From Candidatus Altiarchaeota archaeon (GTDB taxonomy: Archaea; Altiarchaeota; Altiarchaeia; IMC4; SCGC-AAA252-I15): a DNA stretch of 64,000 nucleotides. Position 1 is the first letter of the stretch. Each line of letters opens with the position of its first letter. Positions 9,240-18,317 of the stretch are shown piece after piece. The notes beneath the pieces were generated by a model. That model worked only from the letters and a program-made list of their open reading frames with translations, was not told the DNA's origin and did no database searches. Location: contig JAZDNF010000013.1 of the NCBI GenBank assembly GCA_043800255.1, positions 150,474-214,473 of the forward strand, written 5' to 3'. The position numbers and the translations under genes were made by a program.

Positions 9240-10003
9240 TAACAAAGGAGGAACTGGAAAAGATAACAAGGACCGGCAACTTAAACCTATACCAACAAGA
9301 GAAGGATTACCTGCTGAAGACCTTCCTATACAACTACTACAAGAGATTCGACAACGCAATATTCAAAGGAGGCACATGCATAAAATACTTATACGGGTTA
9401 GACAGATTCTCCGAAGACCTCGACTTCAACCTCAAAAACACACCAAAGAAATTCAAAAAAGAAGTGGAGGAAACGCTCAAGGAAATCGGCAGGCTAGGAA
9501 TAACAAACAACTTCAAAAAAGAAGAGACGTTCGAAGACGCATACACCTGCGAGATAAACTTCCAAGGCCCCCTATCAGTAGAGGGAAAAACCCGGAACAA
9601 ATTCAGGATAGACGCCGGCAAGAGAACGGGAACGATAAGAAAACCAAAATGGGGACTAATACGCTCAGAATACCCGGAAACGCCCCAGAATTTCCTAATC
9701 CTGACCATGGAAGAACAAGAGATGCTAGCGGAAAAGATGATAACGCTAGTTGAGAGGAACAAAGGAAGAGACATCTACGACACCTGGTTCCTGCTAAAAA
9801 AAGGTGTGAAAATAGATCAAAAACTCATAGAAAAGAAATCACAAACAAAAGACACGCTGAAGAGGATAGAGGAGGGAAAATTTCCCGCAAAACAAGAATA
9901 CGAAAGAGACATGAAAAGACTAACGACCAGGGTTATACCTTATGACCAGATGATACAAGAGATAAGAGAAAACATAAACAAATCAATCAGAAAGACACCA
10001 TGA
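9236..10003 (+). CDS. AbiEii/AbiGii-family nucleotidyltransferase toxin (DUF1814)
   Basis: 255 aa. FKGGTCIKYLYGLDRFSEDLDF is the glycine-rich loop plus DxD nucleotidyltransferase signature of DUF1814. Paired with a wHTH partner. Confidence 0.65.
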   Translation: MITKEELEKITRTGNLNLYQQEKDYLLKTFLYNYYKRFDNAIFKGGTCIKYLYGLDRFSEDLDFNLKNTPKKFKKEVEETLKEIGRLGITNNFKKEETFEDAYTCEINFQGPLSVEGKTRNKFRIDAGKRTGTIRKPKWGLIRSEYPETPQNFLILTMEEQEMLAEKMITLVERNKGRDIYDTWFLLKKGVKIDQKLIEKKSQTKDTLKRIEEGKFPAKQEYERDMKRLTTRVIPYDQMIQEIRENINKSIRKTP

Positions 10004-11556
10004 GCAAGAACAAAGGCATGCTGGCAGCGATAATAATACTCGGATTCCTGCTCAGAGTGTACCCGTACCTGCTGTACCCCTACCTGCTGACCAACGACGC
10101 GATGCGAGACTACCAGCAGGTGCAGTACCTGCAGGAACATCAGAGTATAAATTGGGCGCACCCCTACGGGAGAAACCCAACACTGCATCTGACAGTGTAC
10201 CTGGCGGGGCTGATAGGGGGAGCGGACACATGGACCCTCAACCTGATACTGCCACAACTGATAAGCGCACTAGGAATACTATTCTACTACCTCCTGCTGA
10301 GAAGATGGGCAGGAGAGAAGACCGCGCTCGCAGGCGCGCTGCTGGTAGCAGCATATGGACCTAATATTTGGTGGGGAGCGCAAGTAGTCAGAGAGACTAT
10401 AGGACTGTTCATGCTCCCGTTTGTGCTGTACTCCTTTGACAGGTACGCTAGAGAAGGGAGAAAGTGGCTGCTTGTGCTGACTGCAGCCTACCTGACGATG
10501 CTGGTAACGCACAACTGGACCACGCTGATAACAGTTGGGATGACAGCAGTGCTCGCGCTCACAAGATACCAGAACAGGAAGACGATAGAGGCGGCGGCGA
10601 TGATGGCAGCCACAGGAATAATCTATGCGGGACTGAGATACGGGTGGTACCTGAAATGGGCTGACGGTTGGGCGGGAGCAGGGATGGTAGTGACGGCGCT
10701 AGTAATTACGATAGTGCTCTACAAGGTAGGTGGGAACATCAGAGGATGGAAGATGCGGGAGAGGAAAACTTCATGGACTCTAACAGCCGCAGCATACACG
10801 ATAATATTCGCGGCAGCGGTAACATACATGAACAGTCTGCTAGTATTCGAATACCCGCCGCAGGAGTACTTGAGCATCTACCTGCTCGGACTTCTGACGG
10901 TGATAGGACTGACAAAGATGAAAGACCACCAAGTTCACATTCCAATGCTGCTCACGAACCTGCCGCTCATAGGGCTGCTGGCAATTGGAGTATACTTCGG
11001 AACAAACGCAGACTATGACGCAACCAGGATAATAGAGTACATGATATACCCGAACGCGATGATAGCTGCTGTAGGGTTGAATTCGTTCAAAGGAGCGAGA
11101 AAGAGCCTGCTGATAATCCTGATAATTTTGGGCGGACTGCTCACATACCCGCCAGTGTTCCTGCTCGGAAAACAGATACCTGAAGAAAGCATATTCTATG
11201 ACATCAGGTCGCACATCAGATACCTGCCGGATGAGGCGTTGGAGACTATGATGTGGGGGCAGGCGAATGGATACAGGATAGTGTCAGCGAACCCGAACTA
11301 CAACAGCCTCAGAGACGTGCTGTACCCGGCAGACGGAAGGAATGCACTGCTGGTGTCAGAATACGACTACAAGATAAGGGACCAATACCAGAAAGTCAGG
11401 ATAGGCGAGGTAGGCATAGGAAACCCTGAAAAGGCGATAAAAGCCTCAGAAGGGAAGAGAATACTGTACGAAAACAGGTGGGCGAAAGTCTACGAGATGG
11501 ATAACCTAACAGAAGAAGACATCCTAGGAGAATACGTGTCAAAACTGAGAGGCTAA
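10000..11556 (+). CDS. Large polytopic membrane protein (possible GT-C-fold glycosyltransferase)
   Basis: 518 aa with multiple transmembrane helices. Lies in the glycosylation island. Contains the second copy of the 18-bp direct repeat at codons 54-59. Confidence 0.45.
   Translation: MSKNKGMLAAIIILGFLLRVYPYLLYPYLLTNDAMRDYQQVQYLQEHQSINWAHPYGRNPTLHLTVYLAGLIGGADTWTLNLILPQLISALGILFYYLLLRRWAGEKTALAGALLVAAYGPNIWWGAQVVRETIGLFMLPFVLYSFDRYAREGRKWLLVLTAAYLTMLVTHNWTTLITVGMTAVLALTRYQNRKTIEAAAMMAATGIIYAGLRYGWYLKWADGWAGAGMVVTALVITIVLYKVGGNIRGWKMRERKTSWTLTAAAYTIIFAAAVTYMNSLLVFEYPPQEYLSIYLLGLLTVIGLTKMKDHQVHIPMLLTNLPLIGLLAIGVYFGTNADYDATRIIEYMIYPNAMIAAVGLNSFKGARKSLLIILIILGGLLTYPPVFLLGKQIPEESIFYDIRSHIRYLPDEALETMMWGQANGYRIVSANPNYNSLRDVLYPADGRNALLVSEYDYKIRDQYQKVRIGEVGIGNPEKAIKASEGKRILYENRWAKVYEMDNLTEEDILGEYVSKLRG
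10159..10176. repeat. 18-bp direct repeat CACCCCTACGGGAGAAAC, copy 2 (inside a coding region)
   Basis: Exact match to 8273-8290. Confidence 0.8.
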
Positions 11557-12765
11557 CTTCTTTCTTAAAAGCAGAGCTGTGGGAACGGACACGGCCAGGG
11601 AGCCGAAGATGAGGCTGACGGCGGAGCCGATGATGCCGAAACTGGGGACGAGGACGAAAAAGGAGAGAAGATAGACGAGCAAGCCGAATAGGGAGTTAAT
11701 CGTCCCAAGTTTAGGAAACCCCAGACCGAAGACAACCGACAAAAGAATAGAGCCGACGCCGAGGACAGACATCCCGAAGACGAGAAAGGGGAGGACGAAG
11801 CTGGCAGAGACGAACGAGTCTGGAAAGAGGAGAGCGATAATATGCTTAGAGAACAACAGGGTAAAAAGATTGCCCAAAAGTAGGAGAACAGACAAGGAAA
11901 AGAAGAGCGGCCTCAGCCGCAGCTTCTCCTGGGAGGAGGATACGGCAGGCAAAACGACAAGAGAGACTGCGAAACAGACATAATAGGCGGCGCGAGAAAC
12001 CAAAGCAGAACCCAAATACAAGCCGATGACAGTATTAGGCACCCCGAGAAACTTCAAGAGTATGCTATCAGACCGCAACAGTATGTTAAATATTATCACA
12101 GCGATGGAAACGTGAAAGGAGAAAAAGACAACCCTCCGGATGAGACGGAAATCAACGCTCCTCAAGGAGATATACTTATGAAGGCGGACGAGAAGATAGA
12201 CGAGAGCGACAAGGCTGCCGGCGAAGAAGCCGGCGAGAGCGCCGAACAAGCCGAACGCCAGATAGACCAGAAGAACAGACACTACCACCTTCACAAGAGC
12301 GTTCAACAGCATCGTGACCGAGAGGTCGACCATACGCTGAAGACCCTGGAAGAGGTTGCCGGACAAGGCTGAGAAGACATAAAAGGGCAGGATGACCGAA
12401 ACCAGGGCAAGAGGGATGCGAAGGTCAGGCACGCCAAGGAAGGGAAGGAGGAAAAGGCTCACGATGAAGAGGAGAACAGAGATGGAGACGACGAGAATCA
12501 GCTCGAGGAGAACGCCGTTAAAGATGTAATCCCTCACCCTGTTGATTTCAACGTCCTCGCTGATGAACTTCGCCAGAGAAAAGCCGACACCGTAGGTTAA
12601 GACGATGGTGAGGATGCCCAGAACAGCAAGAGAGACCCCCAGCAAGCCGAAATCGTCAGGCGAAAGATAATGAGCCATGAAAAGCTGATACAAGTACTCC
12701 AAGAAGAGAGCGCCCAACGTGGACCCGCCCACATAAACCGAACCCCTTAATATTTGTTTAAGCAT
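11539..12765 (-). CDS. Polysaccharide biosynthesis / oligosaccharide flippase (Wzx-like, MOP superfamily)
   Basis: About 408 aa from the ATG at 12765 (the ORF track extends to 12864). 12-14 transmembrane helices typical of Wzx/MATE-like flippases. Confidence 0.7.
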   Translation of the reverse strand: MLKQILRGSVYVGGSTLGALFLEYLYQLFMAHYLSPDDFGLLGVSLAVLGILTIVLTYGVGFSLAKFISEDVEINRVRDYIFNGVLLELILVVSISVLLFIVSLFLLPFLGVPDLRIPLALVSVILPFYVFSALSGNLFQGLQRMVDLSVTMLLNALVKVVVSVLLVYLAFGLFGALAGFFAGSLVALVYLLVRLHKYISLRSVDFRLIRRVVFFSFHVSIAVIIFNILLRSDSILLKFLGVPNTVIGLYLGSALVSRAAYYVCFAVSLVVLPAVSSSQEKLRLRPLFFSLSVLLLLGNLFTLLFSKHIIALLFPDSFVSASFVLPFLVFGMSVLGVGSILLSVVFGLGFPKLGTINSLFGLLVYLLSFFVLVPSFGIIGSAVSLIFGSLAVSVPTALLLRKKLASQF

Positions 12766-14140
12766 TTTGCAACAGGAGGAAACCGCTCTCGTTCCTGATG
12801 ATATTCCAGCTGCTGATGTAAGAATCCGCACTCTCCCTGTAGTTGACAGCAGGCCACTCGGCATTCCGGTAGTCGATGATAAGGTATTCGGTGCCTGAGG
12901 GTACGCCGCCCCGGTTGAACAAGTGGAGATGATACCTGCCTGATAGAGCTGGAGTCAGACGGTGATCAGCTGAGACGCTGGCATCAGATGGGATGAGGGA
13001 GACCATGTCCCAGGCTATGGCGTCCCTCGCTTCCAAAGAGAAGGGCGGAGCCCGGACTGAGAGGATGATGAGATTGGAAACTAAGGTCGCGGCGAGGAGG
13101 GCGACGAGAAGGTGCTTCATTTTGATGAACCGCGAGAGTCTCTTAACACCATAGACCGCGGAGAGGAAGAGGAATGGGACAAGAGCAGCATGGTACTGCG
13201 TGTATATCGCATACTGCCACCGGTAATCTGCCAGCAGGTTCTGGGCGAAGATTGGAAGCCCTAAGAGGATGACAGGAGACGCAAGCGACAGGAAAGCCAG
13301 AGGTGACAGCAGGATGAGAAGATACAGTATCTTCTCAGGCATGAGAGCGAAACCGAGAACCTTGAAGGGGCTGCCAGCTAAGGTTGAAGCCATCCGCGTA
13401 GGCGAATCCCCCAGAGTGGAATAACGGTTATAGAACTTGTAAGAGGCGCCTAGATAGTGGGGAATGACAACCTGGGTGGCAAGGTAAAACCAGAGGACAC
13501 TCAAAACGAAAGTTGAAACCCACCATTTTGGAGTCATCCTCCTGTAGAGAGCGTAGAATGAGAACATTAGAGTCACCAATGGGATGTTCTCCTTGCAGGA
13601 CATGGCCAGTAGGATGAAAAGAATGTATCTGGAGAAGCTGCCAATCCTCAGATGATAGAATGCGTAAAGCAGCAGGGGGGCTGCGAAGATCTCAGTATGG
13701 AATTCAGCCAGATTCAGATAGTGGAGTGGGGGATAAAGTAGGTAGGATAGGGAGAACACTAAGGCAGCCTTAACCCCCAGCTCGGCCTCAGCGATCCTGT
13801 ACAGTGGGAAGACGCCGAGAGTGAGGGCGAGCGTCTGCAGTGCTAGTAGAGTCAGAGGATGGGGAATCAGCTTATACGGAAATGCGAACAGCAACAGTAT
13901 CGGAGAGAAGTGCTCGCTCAGGAAGGTGTTGTTCTTGTACAATGAACTGTAAAAGAGATTACCGTGGGAGGTGGCCCACACCACCTGGTTGAAGGCTGTC
14001 AGATCATAGCCGTAGGAGAAGGAGACATACTTTAGAAAGCAGATGGTGGAGAACAGCAGGAAGTACGCGACAGCGAACAACGTCAGAGTCCTGCGAGGAT
14101 TCTTGAGGATATTATTAGCGGACTGGAACATGCGGACCAC
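12758..14140 (-). CDS. DUF2079-like polytopic membrane protein (putative glycosyltransferase)
   Basis: 460 aa with multiple transmembrane helices. N-terminal region resembles the DUF2079 family. Glycosylation context. Confidence 0.45.
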   Translation of the reverse strand: MVRMFQSANNILKNPRRTLTLFAVAYFLLFSTICFLKYVSFSYGYDLTAFNQVVWATSHGNLFYSSLYKNNTFLSEHFSPILLLFAFPYKLIPHPLTLLALQTLALTLGVFPLYRIAEAELGVKAALVFSLSYLLYPPLHYLNLAEFHTEIFAAPLLLYAFYHLRIGSFSRYILFILLAMSCKENIPLVTLMFSFYALYRRMTPKWWVSTFVLSVLWFYLATQVVIPHYLGASYKFYNRYSTLGDSPTRMASTLAGSPFKVLGFALMPEKILYLLILLSPLAFLSLASPVILLGLPIFAQNLLADYRWQYAIYTQYHAALVPFLFLSAVYGVKRLSRFIKMKHLLVALLAATLVSNLIILSVRAPPFSLEARDAIAWDMVSLIPSDASVSADHRLTPALSGRYHLHLFNRGGVPSGTEYLIIDYRNAEWPAVNYRESADSYISSWNIIRNESGFLLLQNA

Positions 14141-15261
14141 TAGAGGGATTTGTAAACCTCCTCCACCTTTTCAGCTATGCTGTCCCAGTCATGATTTTTT
14201 GCCACATTCGCAGCCTTCTCGCCCATCAGAGAGCGCCTCTTCTCATTGTGCAGCAATGCTCTGATGTTCTCGGCCAGAACCTTCTCAGAAGGCTTGCATA
14301 TGAGGCCTGTGATGCCGTCCTCGACAAGCTCCACCGCGGCGCTATTCTTATAGTCCAAGACTATGACAGGAAGGTTGCAGGCGTTAGCCTCCAACACGAC
14401 GATGCCGAAACCCTCCCTGCTGGAGGGGAGGACGAAAACCTTCGAAGACTTCATGATCGACATGAGGTCGTCATAATCCTGGAAGCCGAAGAAGGTCACA
14501 TTATCGCTAATGCCCAGCTCTTTTGAAAGCGCAATCAGGTTGGACTTCTCAGGGCCGTCGCCTATGATGACGCACTTTATCTTCTCAGGCACGAGCTTGA
14601 CAGCCCTCAGGAGGAGCGGAATGTTCTTGTCACTTATTAATCTGCCGGCGAATACCACATCGAACTTGGACTCACGCGGTTTGACGCTGTTGATGAACTT
14701 CACGTCAATCCCGTTATAGACGACGGAAATCTTCTTAGGATTGACCCTCGCCTTTATCAGGTCGTTCCGAGTCTTGCGGGAGACTGCGATAATCTTCTGA
14801 GGGAGGAAGCCGCACACGAACTCGACTATGCCTCCTATGAAACCGAGAACCCCCAGGTAGTAGTACCAGTAGGAGCCCCACACCTCATGCCAGGTGACGA
14901 TGAACGGCCTCCTGTTCAGGTAAGAGTAGAATTTGACGACGACGATCGGGAAATACGGGAACTGGTTGCAGTCGACGATGTCGAAGCTCTCCCACAGCAG
15001 CTTCGGGAAAAGCTTCACTGAGAAGTAGATGGCCTGCCAGAAGGAACGCCTGCCGGAGCCCCTGTAGAGGGTCATCGGCCTGCAGACGCCGTGCAGGTGG
15101 ACGCCGTCTTTGACGATGTCATCGTTGCCGTCCCAGAACTTCATGGAATAGATGTGAACCTCATGCTGCTTTGACAGGCGCTTGGCAAGCTCCCAGATAC
15201 GCTTCTCACAGCCGCCCTTAACGTAAGGGTACATTACGTCAGAGATGTAAGCTATCCTCAT
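14140..15261 (-). CDS. Glycosyltransferase family 4 (group 1)
   Basis: EGFGIVVLEANACNLPVIV is the GT4 E-x7-E region. Likely start is MRIAYISD. Confidence 0.8.
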   Translation of the reverse strand: MRIAYISDVMYPYVKGGCEKRIWELAKRLSKQHEVHIYSMKFWDGNDDIVKDGVHLHGVCRPMTLYRGSGRRSFWQAIYFSVKLFPKLLWESFDIVDCNQFPYFPIVVVKFYSYLNRRPFIVTWHEVWGSYWYYYLGVLGFIGGIVEFVCGFLPQKIIAVSRKTRNDLIKARVNPKKISVVYNGIDVKFINSVKPRESKFDVVFAGRLISDKNIPLLLRAVKLVPEKIKCVIIGDGPEKSNLIALSKELGISDNVTFFGFQDYDDLMSIMKSSKVFVLPSSREGFGIVVLEANACNLPVIVLDYKNSAAVELVEDGITGLICKPSEKVLAENIRALLHNEKRRSLMGEKAANVAKNHDWDSIAEKVEEVYKSL

Positions 15262-16417
15262 CAGACTCCCTCCTCCCCAATAGTAAAACACTTAGGAACA
15301 AGGCCGAAAAAATAAGCTGAACCCCGAAGAACATCAGAGTAGATGCTAATATCGCATTCCTCAGCTCCGAAAGCTCCCCGAATCCTGTGTTAATCCATCC
15401 TAAGAATATCCTCAATGCAACTGCAAAACCTGATAGGAATATTATGACACCTGCCACAAGCTCCCTCTCAAGGGAGTTATACTTCAACAACGCCTTCGAG
15501 AATCTGCCAGGCTCCTTCAAGCCCATTATAACAGAATAGACTCTCGTGAAAATCCCCAATATGATGATCTGAAGGCCGAGGACGACGAGGAGGTTCCCCA
15601 ACACCATCGGGTGGATGTCCACCAGGAAATTATCGCCGCCGAATGAGAGTTCAACAGGGCCTGCGACCAGCACCACTACCAGAGCGAAGCCAGCGAGGAA
15701 CAGCAATGCCCCGGGGATTATGAAAAAGCTCGTTGGATTGTAGAGCATCATGAAACGGAGGTGACGCCAGCCATCGGAGAAGGAGCTCAGCTTAGGCTTC
15801 CCGCAGCTCCTCGCCCTGTACGAGATTGGAACCTCCACCATCCTGAGCTTGTTCCTGGCAGCCTCGATGAGCATCTCAGAGGCGAACTCCATACCCCCTG
15901 TTTTAAGGTTCATCTTGTCCAGCGCCGCCCTAGTGAACGCCCGCATCCCGCAGTGGGAGTCGCTGATGTTGGTACCGAACAAACGGTTGAGGAAGAATGT
16001 GAGAATCGGGTTGCCGACGTGCCTGTGAAGCCACGGCATGGCGCCAGGCTCGATACTGCCCTTCATCCTCGAGCCGATGACAAAGTCCGCCCTGCCGTCT
16101 GCGATCGGTCTTATGAAATCAGGCAGCGTCTCCAGAGGGTAGGTGCCGTCAGCGTCTGCCATCACCAGAATATCACCACGAGCGCTCGAGAAACCTGAGA
16201 TGTAGGCGTTGCCGTAGCCGCGCTTATCCTCGGATACTACTCTGGCGCCGGCCTTCTCAGCCTCAGAGGCAGTGCTGTCAGAGGAGCCGTTATCCACCAC
16301 CAGTATTTCAACGTCAAATCCCACCCGCTTGAGGGCGTCCTTGGGAACTGACCGTACGGTACCGCCCACAGAACCCTCCTCATTCAACGCCGGTATGACA
16401 ACAGACACGCGATGCAT
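15239..16417 (-). CDS. Glycosyltransferase family 2 with C-terminal transmembrane helices (dolichyl-phosphate-sugar synthase-like)
   Basis: 392 aa. VIPALNEE and DADGTYP (the DxD motif). Four C-terminal transmembrane helices. Confidence 0.8.
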   Translation of the reverse strand: MHRVSVVIPALNEEGSVGGTVRSVPKDALKRVGFDVEILVVDNGSSDSTASEAEKAGARVVSEDKRGYGNAYISGFSSARGDILVMADADGTYPLETLPDFIRPIADGRADFVIGSRMKGSIEPGAMPWLHRHVGNPILTFFLNRLFGTNISDSHCGMRAFTRAALDKMNLKTGGMEFASEMLIEAARNKLRMVEVPISYRARSCGKPKLSSFSDGWRHLRFMMLYNPTSFFIIPGALLFLAGFALVVVLVAGPVELSFGGDNFLVDIHPMVLGNLLVVLGLQIIILGIFTRVYSVIMGLKEPGRFSKALLKYNSLERELVAGVIIFLSGFAVALRIFLGWINTGFGELSELRNAILASTLMFFGVQLIFSALFLSVLLLGRRESDEDSLHL

Positions 16418-16456
16418 TTTAAGGTTATATAGTATAACAAGAATAAGTAAAAGGCG

Positions 16457-17956
16457 ATGAAAAAGGCGCTAACCGTTGCTCTTATACTGCTGGCAGCTGT
16501 TGTGACAACCTATGGCGTGCACCTCGACTACAGCCTGCCGTTCCACTCTGACGAGTGGGATCACCTGACGCTTGGAAAGGAGATCGTCAAGACAGGGGAG
16601 GCTGACAGCGTCAGAGCCTACAATCCCTATCTTGGGGAGCCCTACAGGGTGAATCGGGGCCCAGCCTACCACCTGCTTATCGCGCTGCTGATGCTTCACA
16701 CAGGCTTGGGCGTCACTCTTGGCACGGTTCTGCCCACCAGTATAGCCTTCGCCCTCGGAGCTGGAACATACGCCCTCGCAAAGCACATAACAGGCAGCGA
16801 CTTCGCAGGAGCGCTCTCCGCAGTCTTCGCAATGACGATAAAGAGCAACGTCACGATGCTTGGACTGTGGTTCACGGTGCCGTCAGCCTATGGGATAGCT
16901 ATGGCACCGCTCATAATGTACCTCTTCATCAGAACACTGGAAAAAGGCCACCTCCTCAATCAATACGACATCAGCTTGGGCCTCATACTGGCGCAGGTTG
17001 CCTTCTCCCACCCCCCATCAGCAACAGTATTGTTTCCTGTCATGGCAGCCTACCTGATACTTCACCCCAAGACAGTCTGGAAGAACAAAAAAAAGCTGGC
17101 AGCGTTCGCAGCCATAGGGCTCCTCCTGCTCGCAATAGAACTCTACATCATAAACATCCCACGAGAGGACATCCTGAATCCGATGAAATTCGTGAACAGG
17201 CACCTCAGATTCACATCAGAAGACGAAGACAGCGACATAAGATACTTCTACCCGAAGTTCGTTGGGAGACTGACACTCTTCCTGACGATAGTGGGAGCGT
17301 ACACTATGCTATCATCAGACAAGAGAGGTGAGAGCATACTGCCAATAGCCCTGCTCGCCCTCCTCCCGCTAGTATACCAGTATTACACGACAGGCGAAGT
17401 CTACCTCACAACCTACCGGAGGATATTCCTCTACAATGTGGAAATCCTCCTGATACTGGCAGGCATAGGACTGTACAAGCTGTATGACATCACAAGCAGC
17501 ACGGTCAATAGGATAGGCGACAAGAACATAGGATTGCCCATCAAAGCCATAATATTAGCTGCCGTGCTGCTGGTGACAGTGAACCAGGTGGAATCAACCT
17601 ACGAATACGGAGAGAAACTTTACCACGTCATTGAGGAGAAGGACGTCAGCCCGATACTATGGCTTAAGGACAACACGCCGGAGAATGCGATTGTGATGGC
17701 AACGCCGAACATCGCGAAAGCGATAACACCCCTAGCAGACAGGAAAATAGTGGGCATAGTAAGGACAACCCTCAGATCAAGCGAGGAAAGGTCAGACGAC
17801 TCCTGGAACTTCTTCACTGTAGACTGCGACAGCAAAAAGAACATCGCGCGAAAGTATGGCGTAGACTACGTCTTCCACAACGGGCCGCTAGGTTGCGACT
17901 TCCTCGAGGAAATCCACAACGAAAAAGGAGACTACGTCTACAAGGTCAACGCCTAG
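16457..17956 (+). CDS. Polytopic membrane protein with a soluble C-terminal domain (possible GT-C glycosyltransferase)
   Basis: 499 aa. N-terminal signal or transmembrane helix MKKALTVALILLAAVV, then multiple transmembrane helices. Confidence 0.45.
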   Translation: MKKALTVALILLAAVVTTYGVHLDYSLPFHSDEWDHLTLGKEIVKTGEADSVRAYNPYLGEPYRVNRGPAYHLLIALLMLHTGLGVTLGTVLPTSIAFALGAGTYALAKHITGSDFAGALSAVFAMTIKSNVTMLGLWFTVPSAYGIAMAPLIMYLFIRTLEKGHLLNQYDISLGLILAQVAFSHPPSATVLFPVMAAYLILHPKTVWKNKKKLAAFAAIGLLLLAIELYIINIPREDILNPMKFVNRHLRFTSEDEDSDIRYFYPKFVGRLTLFLTIVGAYTMLSSDKRGESILPIALLALLPLVYQYYTTGEVYLTTYRRIFLYNVEILLILAGIGLYKLYDITSSTVNRIGDKNIGLPIKAIILAAVLLVTVNQVESTYEYGEKLYHVIEEKDVSPILWLKDNTPENAIVMATPNIAKAITPLADRKIVGIVRTTLRSSEERSDDSWNFFTVDCDSKKNIARKYGVDYVFHNGPLGCDFLEEIHNEKGDYVYKVNA

Positions 17957-18317
17957 GAACAGTCTTAGTTGAGACGACATCAGCACCAGAGTTCATGAGA
18001 TTTCTGACGAGAACATCGCCAATTTTCACAGGAGCTCTCACTTTCAGCTTAGAAAGCTTCTTGACCGCGGCTTTCACCTTGACCTTCTGGATTGCTTTAT
18101 CAGTCCTGACGCTCACCAGCGGCTCCGAACCTCCTGAGACTCTGACTGTTGACGTCAGCACTCGCTTAGGATCAACTACCTCATCTCTCGCATAAGCCTC
18201 GCCCCTCTGGCAGGCGCAGCCGCTGATTTCTCTAACCTTCTTCCTGACATATTCTACTGTGACATCGCAGCCCACAGGGCAAACGATGCACTTCAATTTC
18301 CTAGACGCCACCTTCAA
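17946..18317 (-). CDS. DUF1667-domain small Cys-rich protein
   Basis: 123 aa. CIVCPVGCD…GCACQRGE cysteine motif. Sits in the canonical position downstream of two FAD oxidoreductases. Confidence 0.55.
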   Translation of the reverse strand: MKVASRKLKCIVCPVGCDVTVEYVRKKVREISGCACQRGEAYARDEVVDPKRVLTSTVRVSGGSEPLVSVRTDKAIQKVKVKAAVKKLSKLKVRAPVKIGDVLVRNLMNSGADVVSTKTVPRR

